NCBI RefSeq assembly: GCF_036321535.1
Contig: NC_087437.1
Location: 54,872,001 to 54,936,000 of the forward strand
Reading direction: 5' to 3'
Length of the DNA: 64,000 bases
DNA from: Camelus dromedarius
Lineage: Eukaryota
Under the pieces are notes generated by a model. The model searched no databases, was not told the DNA's origin, and worked only from the letters and a program-made list of their open reading frames with translations. The position numbers were made by a program, and so were the translations under genes. Positions 23,847 through 37,654 of the stretch are shown piece after piece; the stretch's first letter is position 1; each line of letters starts with the position of its first letter.

Positions 23847-24064
23847 CAGGGGTCAGCAAAGAATGGCTCACGGGCCATATCCAGACCACTACCTGTGTTT
23901 GTAAATATTTATCAAAATTCAGTCATATCCATTTGTTTATGTGTTGTCTGTAGCTGATTTCTCTCTACCCAGAAGAGTTGAGTAGTTGGGACAGAGACCA
24001 AATGGCCCACAAACCTTACAGTATTTCCTGTCTGGCTCTTTATAGAAGAAGTTTGTTAATCTCA
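23847..24064 (+). mobile_element. MER58A hAT-Charlie DNA transposon
   Basis: Starts caggggtcagcaaa, then gggccatatcc, tgtaaata, gagttgagtagttgggacagagacc, ggcccacaaa, ctttatagaagaagtttg. Preceded by a TCTAGA-containing site typical of Charlie targets. Confidence 0.88.
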
Positions 24065-24289
24065 GGAAACTTATTACTCTCTGAAGGAGAGCAAACAAAG
24101 AAAAAAAATTCTAATGTCCCAAACCATACTTTTCAATTTATGCAATGTGTGATTCTGAAACTCTCCATCAATAAAACTCAGAACAATTAAAAAGAGGAGG
24201 GAAAAAAAAAAAAACTTTAAAAGTCCAAGCTAAGAGATGATGGATAAGAAATCCACAAAATATAATTACCCATCTTCTTCACCCAACGT

Positions 24290-24560
24290 TTTCTGAGGTT
24301 ATTGTGTGTTTCAGGAATTTCTGCCAGATGCTGGATATCAGGTAAATACAGTACAATCTGAGCTCTCAGCCTGTTGGCAGAGATGGACATGTGAATCAGC
24401 AAATGCTCCTCCTAGTGATAGATGCTATACGGGAGGCAGGATAAAGAGGCATAGACTAGGGGTGGCCTGCCTTCTTGGAATTCCGGGAAAGATATCACAG
24501 GGTTGTTGAGATTTCACCTGTGTCTGAAAGGATGAACCTTGATAGATGAACAAGCTTAGA
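24290..24560 (-). mobile_element. L2 fragment
   Basis: gatgctggatatc..gagctctcagcct..gtgatagatgctata..tctgaaaggatgaa. Confidence 0.6.
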
Positions 24561-24604
24561 AACAAATATTTTATTTCTGGTGGCTTCAGTTCTACCCTGA
24601 AATA

Positions 24605-24830
24605 ATTTGGTAAGCTGATAACTGCATCACAGTTTGTGAAGTGCTGTTCTCATCCATTATCCATTTGTCCTTATAGCAGAGGTTGGTTATCATAGTTTTT
24701 TACATTTGATTAAGACCTGAGGGTTGATAAGGGCGAATAAGTTCCTTGCTCCAAGTTCTATTGCTTGTGAACAGTAAAACTGACCTGACTCTTACTCTTC
24801 TGGCTCCAAAGCCACAAGACTGTCCCCTTG
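24605..24830 (-). mobile_element. MIR SINE
   Basis: acagtttgtgaagtgct..ttatccatttgtcctt..ttgctccaagttc..tcttctggctccaaagcc. Confidence 0.6.
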
Positions 24831-25629
24831 AGTCAAACTTGCCTGACATGTCTACAAATATTCCTTGGAACTTGTAATTGGTCTGAAAGACAGGAGAAAA
24901 GGGCCTTTGACTTTACTTGCACTAGAGTAACCTACTGTATTCCAGACACTGCCAAGAAATGTTTCTTGCACCTGAAATTATTGCACATACTGCTGGCTGA
25001 ATTAGCCACAACCTGGACTCCATATGCCTTCCTCTTACATACGTAGGTGTGCCTCCATTAGGTTGTTGTAGGGTTCTCTTACTCTCAACGTACTTGGAGA
25101 TTTTTCTACTTTCAATCCTCCTTTTCCCCTCCCTTGCTGTAGCTACCAGCTCATAGACCCTCTACACCTGTTGTGCCCCTCATCACACGGTTCCCTCCTT
25201 CACTAATGGAGGTTTGGACAGTGGGTGGGGAATCTGTTGAAATGCCAACACACTGGGGTATGTGAGAGAAGAGAGAGGGGCCTCACCTCCCACTGTCACC
25301 GAGTCCCATTTATCACACTGCTGGCAACCATAGGCTCCATCCTCAGGTTCACTCCCCTTACCAGGTACTATTCCAGATGCCTCTTCGACATTTATGTGCT
25401 CAGTCGTCTCTCCAGATCTCTAGCTTCAGATCCAAGCTCTTCACTCCCCAGAACCTCTGTTTTCTCCTTGGCTGTCTGACGTGGGCCCTGGAAACACTGT
25501 ACTGTAAACGTGTGTTGGAAGCGTCTCTTTTCCTACTGCTCCTCCACAGCTAAAGGTACAGATTCTCCTGCCAATTCTTGCCCCAACAAGAGTGGTCTTG
25601 CAAGTTGAAGCTTTCAATACATGTCTCCT

Positions 25630-25860
25630 TAGCCAGAAGTAATAACGCATAGAAGTTAAGCCATAGGCTCTGGAATTAGACTGTCAGGATTCCAATCTTG
25701 CTGCTTAACTTGCTGGCCGGGACCTTAAGCACCTCTCCTAACCTCTCTGGGCTGGACCCTCCTTATTGGGCTGTTGTACGGATTAAATGAGTGCCCTGTA
25801 AGTTCTCAGAGCAGTTCTGGCTGTGTAAGTTTTGGTTACTATTGTTATTAACATTATTTT
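25630..25860 (+). mobile_element. MIR (MIRb-like) SINE
   Basis: gttaagccataggctctggaattagactg..taacctctctgggct..gggctgttgtacggattaaatgag..tattgttatta. Confidence 0.8.
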
Positions 25861-26619
25861 CCTCTTCTTCTTGAACTTCTCGTACAGTGTCTCTATTTTG
25901 GGTTCAGAAAACATGGTTCACATACTGTCAGGTTTAATAGGGCTTTTGGATTAGCCTTGGAACCTAACCTCCAACTATAGCGCTGTCTTTATGAAGGGAT
26001 GAGTTTCTGGTTTCCAAGAGATGAGTTACAAGGAAACTCTTGGGCTGAAGTCACTCATCTGGAAGAAATGGTCCAACTTGGAGAGGGAGCCTGATGATGA
26101 AAGACAACAAAGTCTGCGAAACTAGGCATTTCTAAAGCACCTCTCCCAATCATGGTCATGCATACGGTCCTCAATCATTTGTTTTATGAAGTTAATTTAT
26201 TTAACTTGCTATTTTTTGCTTTTATACACTTTGACCTTGTCTTTCTCTCATTTATTAGGAAATGACAGTCAGCAGTGGGATGGCATCTGCTCATTAGTTT
26301 CAGATATAAAACCGACAGGTCTTTAATTGGTTGTCCTATCATATCTGTCCTCAGGCTTGTAAATTGAGCTCAGTTAGTGATTTGCAGCCATTGTCATTGC
26401 TCAGGGCTGGAATGGAGTGAGAGACTATCATATCAACATCCCTGTCCTCTGTGAGCTTAGACTCAAAGAAGGTATTTCACTGCTTGCTTTATAAAACATC
26501 CATGACTCCTATTTTATACTTTAGAAATACAAGTCATGCTAGATTTTCTGAGGACCCCATGATATGCCTGGAACTAGAAAAAATACTGTGGTTTTTGCAA
26601 AAGATAAAACCAATTGATT

Positions 26620-26850
26620 TGCACCAATCTGCAAATGCATATAGAAAGTCAAGTGTATCAAGTACCACCAGGAGGAATGATGCCCTTTGGGGGTTGAGAG
26701 GGGTTCAAGAGGAGAGTGGTGTAGATGGGGTCTTACCGACTGAGCTTGGGCAATCAGTGACCTCAGGCTGGGGAGCATTAAGAGAGTGATGTTCCTGACA
26801 GAGGAAATAGTATGAGTACACTTAGGGAGGTGGGAAATTCTGGAGATTAA
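26620..26850 (-). mobile_element. L2 fragment
   Basis: gactgagcttggg..gttcctgacagaggaaatagtatgagtaca..agggaggtgggaa. Confidence 0.5.
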
Positions 26851-27979
26851 ATTGCCTGTGCTTGTTAGTATGGCTTACAATTGGCACCTCTTATTAATAT
26901 AGCCACATTTTACTTCAAGATTCCCACATGCTTTCAGGTGAAAATCAGCAAAACCCTTAACATACAAACTCTCTGTCTTTGAATTGTGTGTGTACACGTA
27001 CACACACACACGCAAACTCCACGTTTCCACAAATCAATGACAATACCAAATGGAGCAATTTTCCACAATTTTCAGCAAAGAACTGCATGCTTAAGCACTG
27101 CACTCAGCAAAATGATGAAGTCCGTCAATATTTCTCAGTCCTGCTGAGTTTCTTCATGGTCTGCAAAAGCTTAGCCAGCCCCTTCCTGGATTCGTGGCTA
27201 AGGACTGGCGATTCTGCATCAGCAAGTGCAAGGATCCCTTCACAGGTGAACTTTCGACCGCGCCAATGCGCTGCACGTTTAAACAGCCAGTAATTAAGAA
27301 GATAGCTTTAATTTGGTTACACCAGTAGGGAGAAAATAATCCTAATCATACTTAGAGAGCAGACCAATAGAATAATTCCAGTCTAGGAGTTTCATGGTGT
27401 TGGACTGGCATCCTGTAAAAGGGGGGAACTGCCCTGGGGTCAGGTGGGAGGGGACATAATTTATATGGAAGAAACATACATAGCTATAAAATAAAATGGT
27501 AGAAGTGATTAACTGGGTGAAGGCAGGTATATTATTGGGAAGCCAACTATAAGCAGATGATAGGAAATGAAGTATTCTTAGGCATATGTTTTGTTTTGCA
27601 GTGAAGGGGACGAGGTACTATCCCTTTGACTGACACATCGGCATGGTCTAGTCATCAGTATCAGTGTGGGTCTAAAGTTTGCCCCTGTGCCTCTCTTAAC
27701 TTCAGAAGAGAAGTTCCGAAGAGAAGGTCTGGTTCTTAGTAGCATCTAGAAAAGAGCCCAGAGCTTGGTAAGCACTGTCAGGCTCCAGATGAGGGGAGGA
27801 TATTAGAAAAGGATAGAATTAGAAAAGCCCAGTCCTGCTGGGCTTCTAGGAAGGAAGGAAGGCTAAAGCGGGCTTTAAAAAATGAGAAGACAAAATTGGC
27901 AGACAGAATTAGAGATACTGCTTAATAAATGTGACAATATAACGGGGATAGGTGGAAGGGGACATGGAGGGGACATAGA

Positions 27980-28168
27980 TTAGCTCAGCGACAGGAAGGC
28001 CAAAACATAGCTGTCTGAAAAAAGGCTCCGTTGCTCTTGGAAATAGTGAGATTTCTACCTCTGGAGAGGCTGGAAGACTGCACTGGGGATGCACCAAATG
28101 AAGCAGAGCTTGGAGGTCGAATAGATCACCACAGAGGTTGTTTCCAGCCTGTAGATTCTAAAATTCTA
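27980..28168 (+). mobile_element. L3 (CR1) 3' end
   Basis: gtgagatttctacctctggagagg ... tagatcaccacagaggttgtttccagcctgtagattctaaaattcta is a CR1/L3-type terminus. Confidence 0.6.
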
Positions 28169-28869
28169 GTAGTTTAATCAAGTTCTTCTCAAAGGACAGA
28201 GAAAGATATCTGCTAGAGGTTGGAGAGAATTGGCCCAACTATCAGTTTATTTATATTAGATAATCCTGACATTGCTCTGAACTTTTCAGGCAAAATCTAC
28301 TGTATGCCTCTTTTAACTGTGACTTTGGAAAACGTCACCCCGTGCTGTTAATGTTTCCTTGCACAAATAGCAAGCAGTAAAAATCTCACATTTGGAAAAC
28401 ACTTTGGTTTAAGAAGAGGCCCCGTGCCAAAGAGGTCCCAGACGCTGCCAGGCCTCTAAGTGAGGATCCTGAAGACAAAACTTGAGGGCTCCTTCCTCTT
28501 GCGACGCCTGCAAATATTCGTAGCTTTAATGCTCACAGTGTCTGACAGCTCGTTGGTTTCGTTTCTTGAAGCTGATCTTCAAAGCCGTGAAGCAACAGCA
28601 AACTGTTTGAGATCCCAAATCAAAGAACAGATTGTGTAGACTCCAAAGAAGCAAACAAACAATTACGTTTAAAAACAGTGTTGGGGAATAACAACGACAA
28701 CCTTTTTGCTCACCTGCCAAGGCCTCGCAGCTAAGCTTCTGCTTTTCCCCAATTACAGCAAATGACATCAGACTGTGTCCTACCGACAGGTGACCCATTT
28801 GTAGTGGTTAAATCTGGAAGGAGTTTGGAACCTTCATTTTTAATGTGACTTTCCCACTGGCTAGAGGTA

Positions 28870-29150
28870 TGAGGGTGGGCCAGTCAAGCTCATTTTCTCA
28901 GTTTGGAATGATGGTTCCGTGAAAACTCTCCACTTGAGAGACTTTCTCTGGATCGCAGGACCAGTAAAGTACGGAGCAGAATTCAAACCCAGACGTCCCA
29001 GCATCGCATCACTTGTTCTTTCTGCTACATGACCCATGATTCTGCTTCTAGCTAGCCACCCATTCAATAGCTCTTGGAAAGGAGATTCTGTTACCTCCTT
29101 TGAAGATGATACCTGATTCCTACTTTCTAACAGGGCTTTCCAAAAAGAGT
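28870..29150 (-). mobile_element. MIR fragment followed by an L3 fragment
   Basis: ggagcagaattcaaacccagac (MIR); ttggaaaggagattctgttacctcc..attcctactttctaacag (antisense L3). Confidence 0.5.
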
Positions 29151-29639
29151 CCATGCTGGCCCATTTCCATGGGATATTTTGCAGGTTTTCAGGTATTTTA
29201 TTAATTGCCTAATTGTTTGAGTGGTTTAAGTTATCCCAGGATATCATATCTGAATTCAATTATTTCTCTCCTCTTTCCCCTCCAATGCGCACATGGTCCT
29301 TAATACTCTAGTGGTGTTGTTAGTTTCCCAGAGCTATCAAGGAACGCATAACCAAAAACAGAGCATGGGAGACATTTGTAATAGTTGTTCAATCTGGGTA
29401 AGAAACAATATAAAAAGGCAAAGAATTTGGTGACTATCATTACAACCTTAACTTCAAAAATGTTTGCCCTGATAATGTGCAACACTTGGCCTTCCTCAGT
29501 GTTTTACGTCACTGGTCACAGGCTGGTATGAATTCAGCCTTCCTACCACTTACTTTATGTTTTATATGCCATTTCATTTTGCTTTAGTCACTCTGCTACT
29601 CATCACTTTAGCTTTGAACAGCTTCCCAGGACCACAGCA

Positions 29640-29990
29640 GACGCCTGCACCCTGGGGCCTGATAGCCGTGGGCTCTGTTGCCGCCTCTCCAGTCTTCCTT
29701 CCTGATTTTCCTTCACAGTCCCCACAGTTGCCCCAGTCCAAACAAAGAGCCGGTCCTTATGCACGCTACCCCATCCCACCCATTTCTCTGCTTTTAATCA
29801 AATTGTTCCTCTGTGGAGAGTGCCTTTTTTTTTTTTTTTTAATGTAGGTTAGCTAAGCTCAAAAATGCCACCTCTGTGACACCTTCAGAGACTTCTCCAG
29901 AAGGAAATAATTTTCTCCTTTTGCATAATAACCACAGTCCGTTCCCAGATCTCCCTTATAGCCCTGTGAGAGTGTGCTCCGCAAACTCAA
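29640..29990 (+). mobile_element. L2 fragment
   Basis: ttgttcctctgtggagagtgcc..agctcaaaaatgccacctctgtgacaccttc. Confidence 0.55.
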
Positions 29991-30949
29991 CAGTGGCAGA
30001 TAGTAAAATATAGCTCTCTGTGTATGGAATGGTGTGCCTGATAGGGAGACAGTCTTAATAGCCCTACTAAATGTTGATAATTTTTGACCTCCTTGGGGTT
30101 ACCTGGCATATTTATTTATTAATCATCGCAGTAACAACAATGATGAATCAGCAGCTAACGTCCTTGTCATTTAAATGGTCCACATTTCTCAAGGCCTTTT
30201 TTTCTCTCTTTTTTATTAAAATATTTCATTCTCCTAGTTTAACAAATCTAATAGGATGGATAGGTGTAAAATAAACAGTACCGCTTTTATGCCCCACCCC
30301 TTTCCAATCTCCTGGTCCTACTTTGCAAAAAAACTTTTATCTGCTTCTCCCCAGCATTTGCATCACTCCATATTAAAAAAAAAAAAGGCATGCTTTCTAT
30401 CTGAGGACTCAGGAATTTTAGACAGTATCTGTGGATTAACAATTCAGAGGATAGGCATGTCGTCTCTGTGTGTGTGTGACGTTTTAGAGCCTCCTACTTT
30501 GGGCTACGTTAGCCCTGCCCCCTCCAAGATCGGGAGGCTGTGACAGTGAGGTCCTTTCTTGCCCCTGGCTTCATTGCTGACCTGCTGACCTGGTGTTTTA
30601 GGCTGATTATGGTTGCCTCTGAGCCAAGAGAGTTCCTTGATGACCCTTTAGGGCCCCTTTTCCTCACAACGTTTAGGCTTGAAAGTTGCAGGAGAGAGAA
30701 TGGTAGGACGACTTGGAAATTCTGAGTGTCCTCACAAGAAACACAGGGCGCTCCTCCCACCACAGAGCTGGGGGCCTGGTCTGCATCTCGACTTTGTTAA
30801 CAAATAGTCTGGATACTTAAAACATGCTACCAAATAATAGTGTATCTTGATAGATTCTTTATGATATAAAATAAGCTATTAGATATTGGGAATAACTAAT
30901 TATTTGCGATATATTTCTCTGCCTCCCGGGGACTTAATGATCTTTGTTG

Positions 30950-31185
30950 ACAGCTGATTGGAATATGATACAATGGCTAGAACATTATTATTTCAGTCTG
31001 GAGACCTGAACTCAGCTGCTTTTTAGCCAGGCGATCTCCACATATTTCATCTTTTTTCAGTGCCTCGGTTTTCACCGATAAAGTAGAATTACTAATCCTT
31101 TCCCTGGAATCATGTTTGTGGGACGGTCAAGTGAGCTAGTATATTTGGTTATCTCTGTGGCTCACAAGTTTCTAATGAAGGAAGG
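30950..31185 (+). mobile_element. MIR SINE
   Basis: agtctggagacctgaa..cagtgcctcggttttcaccgataaagt..gtttgtgggacggtcaagtgag. Confidence 0.6.
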
Positions 31186-32019
31186 AATCTGGGGTGGCCT
31201 TTAGTATATCATTTTGCCATTCATTTATTCATGTATTTAACAAATGTTTCCGCCCTGGTCTTGCAAAGTTCAATTTATACTGAATAAGAGTCTGGCAGAC
31301 AAGCAGGTGTGCTGGGAGCTTGGGGAGAGGCCAGGCTAGAACCCAGAAGTGCAGCCAGAGTTTTGCTCCCCAGGGATTCTCCAGACCCTACCTCCATCTC
31401 ATAGCTTGACAAAGGTTCTCACCAGAAGGCTTCTTGTGTTGCCCAGAAAAATATATGAGTAGTTTATTCAGTTTTAATTTTGTATCATTGGTTCTGCCTT
31501 GTGGATTGCCTACCCACACACTGACACACTCTCACATGCCACACACAGTTTGAGAGCTGGGAAGGGTTTTGCAATCCCCCTACCCTTTGTCTTGAATCCT
31601 TCTTGTTTCTCAATCCATTTCCCTTCATTCTTCATCTCTTGCCCAAGTGATTTTCACTTTACATGGGACAGAAGTGAGTTAATTCTTGATGATGTTGGTT
31701 AGATCTTTTAAGGCATAAGGATGTGAGAATAAATAGATGCGGAATGACATGTGGCACAACTCACTCACACACGTGTGCATTTGTGTACTCACGTTTCCTT
31801 TTACACCCCCAACCTCCTTACTCCTGCCTCCGTCCTCAGGGTGGGTAAGAATCCTTCTCAGACCACCAATCACTGGGTTGTCATTCCCGCCTCCAGTTTT
31901 ATTTCCCCACAGTGAATTCATGGTATCTGTTCTCTTTCTGCATACGCAAATGGAAAACCTAAGCTCTTTGGAACCAGTTCTTTAAGGAAGTTACAGCAAC
32001 CACCTAAAAGCAGAACCAT

Positions 32020-32230
32020 TCAGTAATGCATGCGTGCTTTGAAGTGTGGGGAACATGTGTGTCCATTATCTCATTTTCATGCTCAGAAAACTCCTTACAG
32101 GTCGGTGTTTGGTCCTATCTTACAGATGTGGAGATTGTTAGAGAATTTGTTAAACAGCTAGTGAAGATCAGAACCAGGAGTCAAATCCATCCTTTCTCTC
32201 TTAAAAACCCCTTTCTTTCAACTATTTTAA
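32020..32230 (-). mobile_element. MIR SINE
   Basis: cattatctcatttt..atcttacagatgtggagatt..acagctagtgaag..agaaccaggagtcaaatcc. Confidence 0.65.
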
Positions 32231-32317
32231 GCTCCAGTACTAACCATCATAGGGTTTCTCGTCCTTCCCTGCATGAAGTGGATTTCCAAAGATATGCGTG
32301 TGTGTCTGTGTATGTAT

Positions 32318-33510
32318 GTATTTTAAAAAGACTTTACGTTTTGTAGCAATTTTGGGCTCACAACAAAACTGAGCCGGAAGATCAGAGACTTCACATACCG
32401 TCTCACTCTGCGCACACACAGCCTCCCCCACCATCAACATCCTGCACCAGAATGGTATGTGTGTTATAATCAGTGGACCTACATTGATACATCACAGTCG
32501 CCCAAGTTCATGTAACATTCACACTTGATGTTGTACAGTCTCAGTAACCGGACATGTATATAATGATATGTATCTACTACTGTTACAGTGTCCGACTGAA
32601 TAGTTTCACTGTTAAAATAAAAAATCTTCACTAAAAATCCTCTGTACTCTGTTTCCTCTAATTTCTTCCATCCCTTCTTCCATCCCTTCTTCCTCTAACT
32701 TCTAGCAACCGCCCACCTTTTTACAGTCTTCATAGTTTTACCTTTTCCAGACCGTCATATCATTGGAATCATACAGCAGTGTAGCCATTGCAGATTGGCT
32801 TGTTTTCCACTTGGTAATATGCACTGAACTTTCTTCCATGTCTTTACATGGCTTGATGTCTCATTTCCTTTTAGTGCTGAATCATATTCCATTGTCTAGA
32901 CTTACTACAGTTTATTTAGCCATGTACCCCCTGAAGGATATCTTGGTTGCTTTTAAGTTTAGGCAATTATGGATAAAGCTGCTATAAACATCCATGTGCA
33001 GGTTTTTGTGTGGACATAAGTTTTCACATCATGTATGGAAATACCAAGGAGTGTGATTGTCAAATCTTAGGGTTAAGGATATGTCTGTTTTTGTATGGAA
33101 CTGTCAAACTGTCTTCCACGGTGGCTATACCATTTTGTGTTTCTGCAGCAACGAAAGAAAGTTCCTGTTGCTCCATTCCCTGGACAGCATTTGGTGTTGC
33201 TGTTGGTGTTTCAGATTTTGACCATTCTAACAGATATGTAGTGTACCTCATCGTTACTTTAATTTGCAAATCCCTAGTAACTTAAGATGTTTAGCATCTT
33301 TTATATCATATACTTATTTACCATCTGTATTTCTTTTTTTTGGTGAGGTCTCTGTTCAGGTCTTTTGCAATTTTTAATCAGATCATTCATTTTCTTATTG
33401 AATTTTATGAGCTCTTTGTACATTTTAAATAAGTTATTTTTTTAATCAGAGATGACGTTTGCAGATATTTTCTCTCCATCTGTGGCTTTTCATCTCAAAC
33501 TCTTGACAAA
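32318..33510 (-). mobile_element. L1MC1-like LINE-1 3' fragment including a remnant of the ORF2 C-terminus
   Basis: Antisense 3' UTR text (gcaattttgggctcacaacaaaactgag, cccaccatcaacatcctgcaccagaatggta). ORF 33060-33269(-) begins MQIKVTMRY, matching the L1 ORF2p C-terminal motif MQIKTTMRY. Confidence 0.9.
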
Positions 33511-35192
33511 GATATGTTTTTGACCACCCATATTTGCTTCAATATACCCTCCCTCATCTGTATCTTATACCAACATAGGTTTAAAAGATTAACTTGAGAG
33601 CAGCTGACTTTTCTTAGAGTACCTGTATTCCTCTTCTCTTCGATTCACGTAATAGACAGCAGCCTTGGTGGGATAAAAGAATATTCTGATGCTCAGTGAG
33701 TGCTTAATCTCTTTTTTTTTTTAACTCTTGAGTAAAATTCTTGACTATCGTTACAATAATCAAACTTGTACACACATGATGAGATTGCAGCGCCTGCTCT
33801 TAGTGTCATCAGAAAGAGAGAGGGGAGAGAGAAAGGAAAAGAAGGGAGAGTCATCGCCTCAATCCTCTGCCTATATGGAACATTAATAATATTTAAATAA
33901 TTGCTCTCAGTTACGCAGACAAGTTTCTTATTTATTTCTTCCTAAACTGTGAGCTCCCAAAGAGAGAAGGATTTATCTCAGAGAATCTGAGTGCCCAGCA
34001 GGTCCTAGGCAATTAGGCAATGTCTCTTAAAGTAGACTGGCTAGCTTTACATGTTCTAAAACGATATGGCATCGTTGGGCTTGCATTTACCATCTTTATC
34101 TTAAGAGGCTCAACAGGCACAGAAGGTTATAAAGATTCGAGGGAGCAGATGGGTAATGCGTACTATGCATTTCCCCGAGTTCCAGTTTTTTCAATTTCAT
34201 TATACTTGGAAATCCTTCCTTTTGGCAAGGTTATGTGATTGAGGATTGATACATCAATTAATGTTTGTTTCATTCATGTTTGTTTTTATTCTTCAAAAAA
34301 GCATAATAGAAAACCCCAGCTTAATGAGATAACAAATAGAGGAAAATAACTTTGAAAATTGAACTTACTATTTAAATTTAAAGGTTAATGTTATTGTAGC
34401 TGTTAATGATGGCAGACATCTTATTAAAAACCCAGAGCTTAATTACATAATGAACTTCTTATTGCCACTCCCCTGCCCCCTTTCCTTCTCCATCCCCCCC
34501 ACAACACAGACACAAAAATCAAAGCAGGTGAGGGCTCTGTGAATCAGCATATTGCCTATATCAGATTTATCTTTTTACAATGCGCGCATTCCTGAATTTC
34601 TCAAAGGCATGTGACTTTCAAGGATTCTTTAAATATGTAAATAATATCATAAAGTCCCTGATGAATTCCAGACACACTGCATTATTCTAGGTGTCTGAGT
34701 GATGCAAAGAAAGGCTCAAATTCTCTGCTGAATTACCCGTTTCGCATGTTACATTAATAAACATCAGTCAGCTTGCAAAAATGGTGTGTTATCTGAATTT
34801 AATGAACTTCTGAACTGAACAGAGTGCATCTAATTGACAAGGTGTCATCAAATGGAACAGAAGACAATATAAGTCCCCTGAAAAACCACAGGGAAAGGAG
34901 AAGCAAGAGGGAAAAAACCTAGGACAAACAGTGGGGATGGGATGAAAATCCCTGGAAGGCATCTCTGCCTCTGAACGTGGACCTGTGCACAGATGCCCCA
35001 TTCTTGTTTCATGTGCAGGCATCTCAGATCTGGATGATTAAAGGGCCCTGATGTCTCTGGCTGTGAGGCTTCCTATTTCCTTTCATTGCAGTATACAAAC
35101 TCCAAAAGGTAGGGGAGAGAGTCACATTAGTGATAATCTGCAGTAAAGATTTCAAGCTGTTAGGTAAATGAAATACTTCTAAAGGAGGCTTA

Positions 35193-35217
35193 TTTTTTTT
35201 TTTTTTTTTTTTTTTTT
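35193..35217. repeat. Poly(T) run of about 25 nt
   Basis: Read directly. Confidence 0.9.
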
Positions 35218-35689
35218 GGCTACCTAAATCCCTTTGCACCTAATGAATTATAGATAAATTCTTTCAGGCAAGTTTTTGTTATTTTCTTCTCCACCCTATT
35301 TTGTCATGTTAAGTATCAACCACATTGCTGGTTAAAACTACAAGTAGGACGGCTATTATACAGGATATGTGTGCACATAATAAATACTACACATATGTTC
35401 AGAACGCAATGCTCTGGCCTTGTTTTCTGATGCAACGTGAAAAACTATCTTTAAGTGGGAAAATGCAAAATACTGTCATTTGTGTCTTCAGGATGATTTT
35501 TTTGAAGACTGTCACTGGGGTAAGTGAATTTGTAAGGTACAAAATGAAATTAAATTGGCTGCATAATGTTTACCGTTAAATGTTACCTGGTTTGCACACT
35601 CAGTTCATTACACGTATCACCATATACCATACTAGACAGCGTGGCGGTGGAGGGGTTTCAGTGGGGAGAGCAGGAAACTTTAGTTTTCA

Positions 35690-35952
35690 GGTGCCACCTT
35701 GCCTGTAAGCCTTTTCAGGTCCTTGACCTAGAAGTGAATGTCCCCTCTCTGAATCCATGTTGCCCTCGGTCATTCACCTTTGGTGGAAGTTTTCATCTCC
35801 TGCTTCATATTGAAGTTATGTGCCTGTATGTCTTTGCACCCTTCTTAGACATAAAGCTCTGTGAAAATGAGCTTTTTACTGACTCATTTTGGTATGCTGC
35901 TAAGTACCTAGAACCTAGAAGGTGTTCCATAACCTTGTTTGAATGAATGAAC
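35690..35952 (+). mobile_element. L2 3' terminus
   Basis: aagccttttcagg..ttagacataaagctctgtga..cctagaaggtgttccataaccttgtttgaatgaatgaa. Confidence 0.7.
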
Positions 35953-36288
35953 AAAGAAAGTCACATAGTGTGTTTCAAGTTGACCAGCTTCTCTGACTGT
36001 CAAGATGTCTGCTTTTATTAAAACCGCGAAGTTCAAGGCCTGTGTGTTCAACACTTTCATATACTCAGTGGCCTGATCAAAACAATTTTACAAATTTTAA
36101 TTACTCATACCATTTGAGAAAGAGAGAGAAGTGGGAAGAGAGGGAAACCCACTGACCCACTGGTTCTGTCCCCTAATTATGGGAGAAAATTTTAAAACCT
36201 TAAATAATTTTGAGACTGTTGGTATCTTCCATTTTGCATTTTGTGTTACTGATCTTTTTGATCAAAGATTGATTTTTCAGGTGAAAGG

Positions 36289-36794
36289 TGTATTAGGGTC
36301 TTCCAGAGAAACAGAACCAACAGGATATGCATATATTTATTGAAGGAATTGGCTCAAGGAATTACAGTGGCTGAGAAGTCCCACAATCTGCTGTCTGAAA
36401 GCTAGAGAACCAGGAATGGTGATGGTATAATTCAGTCTGAATTTAAAGGTCTAAGAGTAGAAGGGGGTGGGGGTGGGAGGCACTGGTGGTCTGAGTCCCG
36501 GTCCGGGTCTGAAGGCTTGGAACCAGGGGCACTGGTACCAGAGGGCAGGAGACAGTGGATGTCCCAGCTCGAGCAGAGAGCACTTGCCCTTCCTCCTTCT
36601 TGTTCTGCTCAGGCCCTCAGTGCGCTGGGTGAGGCCCACCCGTACTGGTGAGGGCAGGTCTTCTCTGCTTGTTTACTGAGTCACATGCTCCTGTTCCAGA
36701 GACACCTTCACAGACAAACCCAGACAAACTCTGCTACCAGCTATCTGGACATCCCTTAGCCCAGTCAAGCTGACACATCAAATTAACCATCACA
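36289..36794 (-). mobile_element. MLT2B-like ERVL solo LTR
   Basis: Runs from tgtattagggtcttccagagaaacagaaccaacagga to cccagtcaagctgacacatcaaattaaccatcaca, with intact TG..CA ends. Confidence 0.92.
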
Positions 36795-37654
36795 ATAGCT
36801 ACAGAAATATAACCAGGGATCAAAATCATGGAAAACTGGAGAGTAGTCTGGTATTTTTCAACTGTTTACATTAGGGCAAGAGACTTCCTCATTTTTTGGC
36901 AAAGTCTGGTGTGTGGCAACACATTAACATTCTTGATCCCCCCCACTACATGCCAGCACACACACACCCATTGTGACACCGCCAGGGCATGAAGCCCCCG
37001 GGAAGCGTCGATCCTCTCATTCCCGTGTCTTTGGAGAACCACTGTCTGGATCTGTGGAGCCCTAAGACTGACTGCGATTAAGGGTTGCCTGAGGACGGTG
37101 CCCTGTTTTTCTTTTCTCTGAATTCCTCTCAAATTCAGATTTTGTTACTGTGTGCCCTGTTTGACCCATCAAACTATCATTTTAATGGAATTGAATGTGC
37201 TGAGTGTTATAAATAACACATGCCCTTTTTCTGTGCTGAATATTCTTAAGTTCTAGAAAATATAAAATTTCCAGACAATCTAAAGGGTAACATTTTAGGA
37301 CAAAAGAAAGGTTCTGGTGAATCACTTGATTTCATCATAGTTCCTACAATTCATGTTTGAGTAGTTACTGTTTTATTAGAAAATTGTAATTTCCTCTAAA
37401 TATAGCTAACATATTATTTCGTTCCTAAACACAATTTTAAAAATACACGTCTTGAGGCCAACTCTCCTTTTCCTTTGTAACATGGATCCATTTTGTTGAA
37501 GAAGTAAAATGAGTGCCTATGAATTTCGCATTTAATGCATAATTTTATCTTAATCTCTGCCTTATTTGGAAGGATCTGACCCATCGTATAATTCTGAAGT
37601 CAATGTTTTCCCAGAAATGCAGTCATTTACATTTATCCCGCTAAGATTTTATCA

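Noticed and set aside
12678..25938. Identical 13-mer TGTCAGGTTTAAT at 12678-12690 and 25926-25938
   Set aside because: Some 13-mer matches are expected by chance within 64 kb, and the flanks are unrelated.
33060..33269. ORF starting MQIKVTMRY
   Set aside because: It is a frameshifted remnant of the L1 ORF2p C-terminus inside an old L1MC element, not a functional gene.
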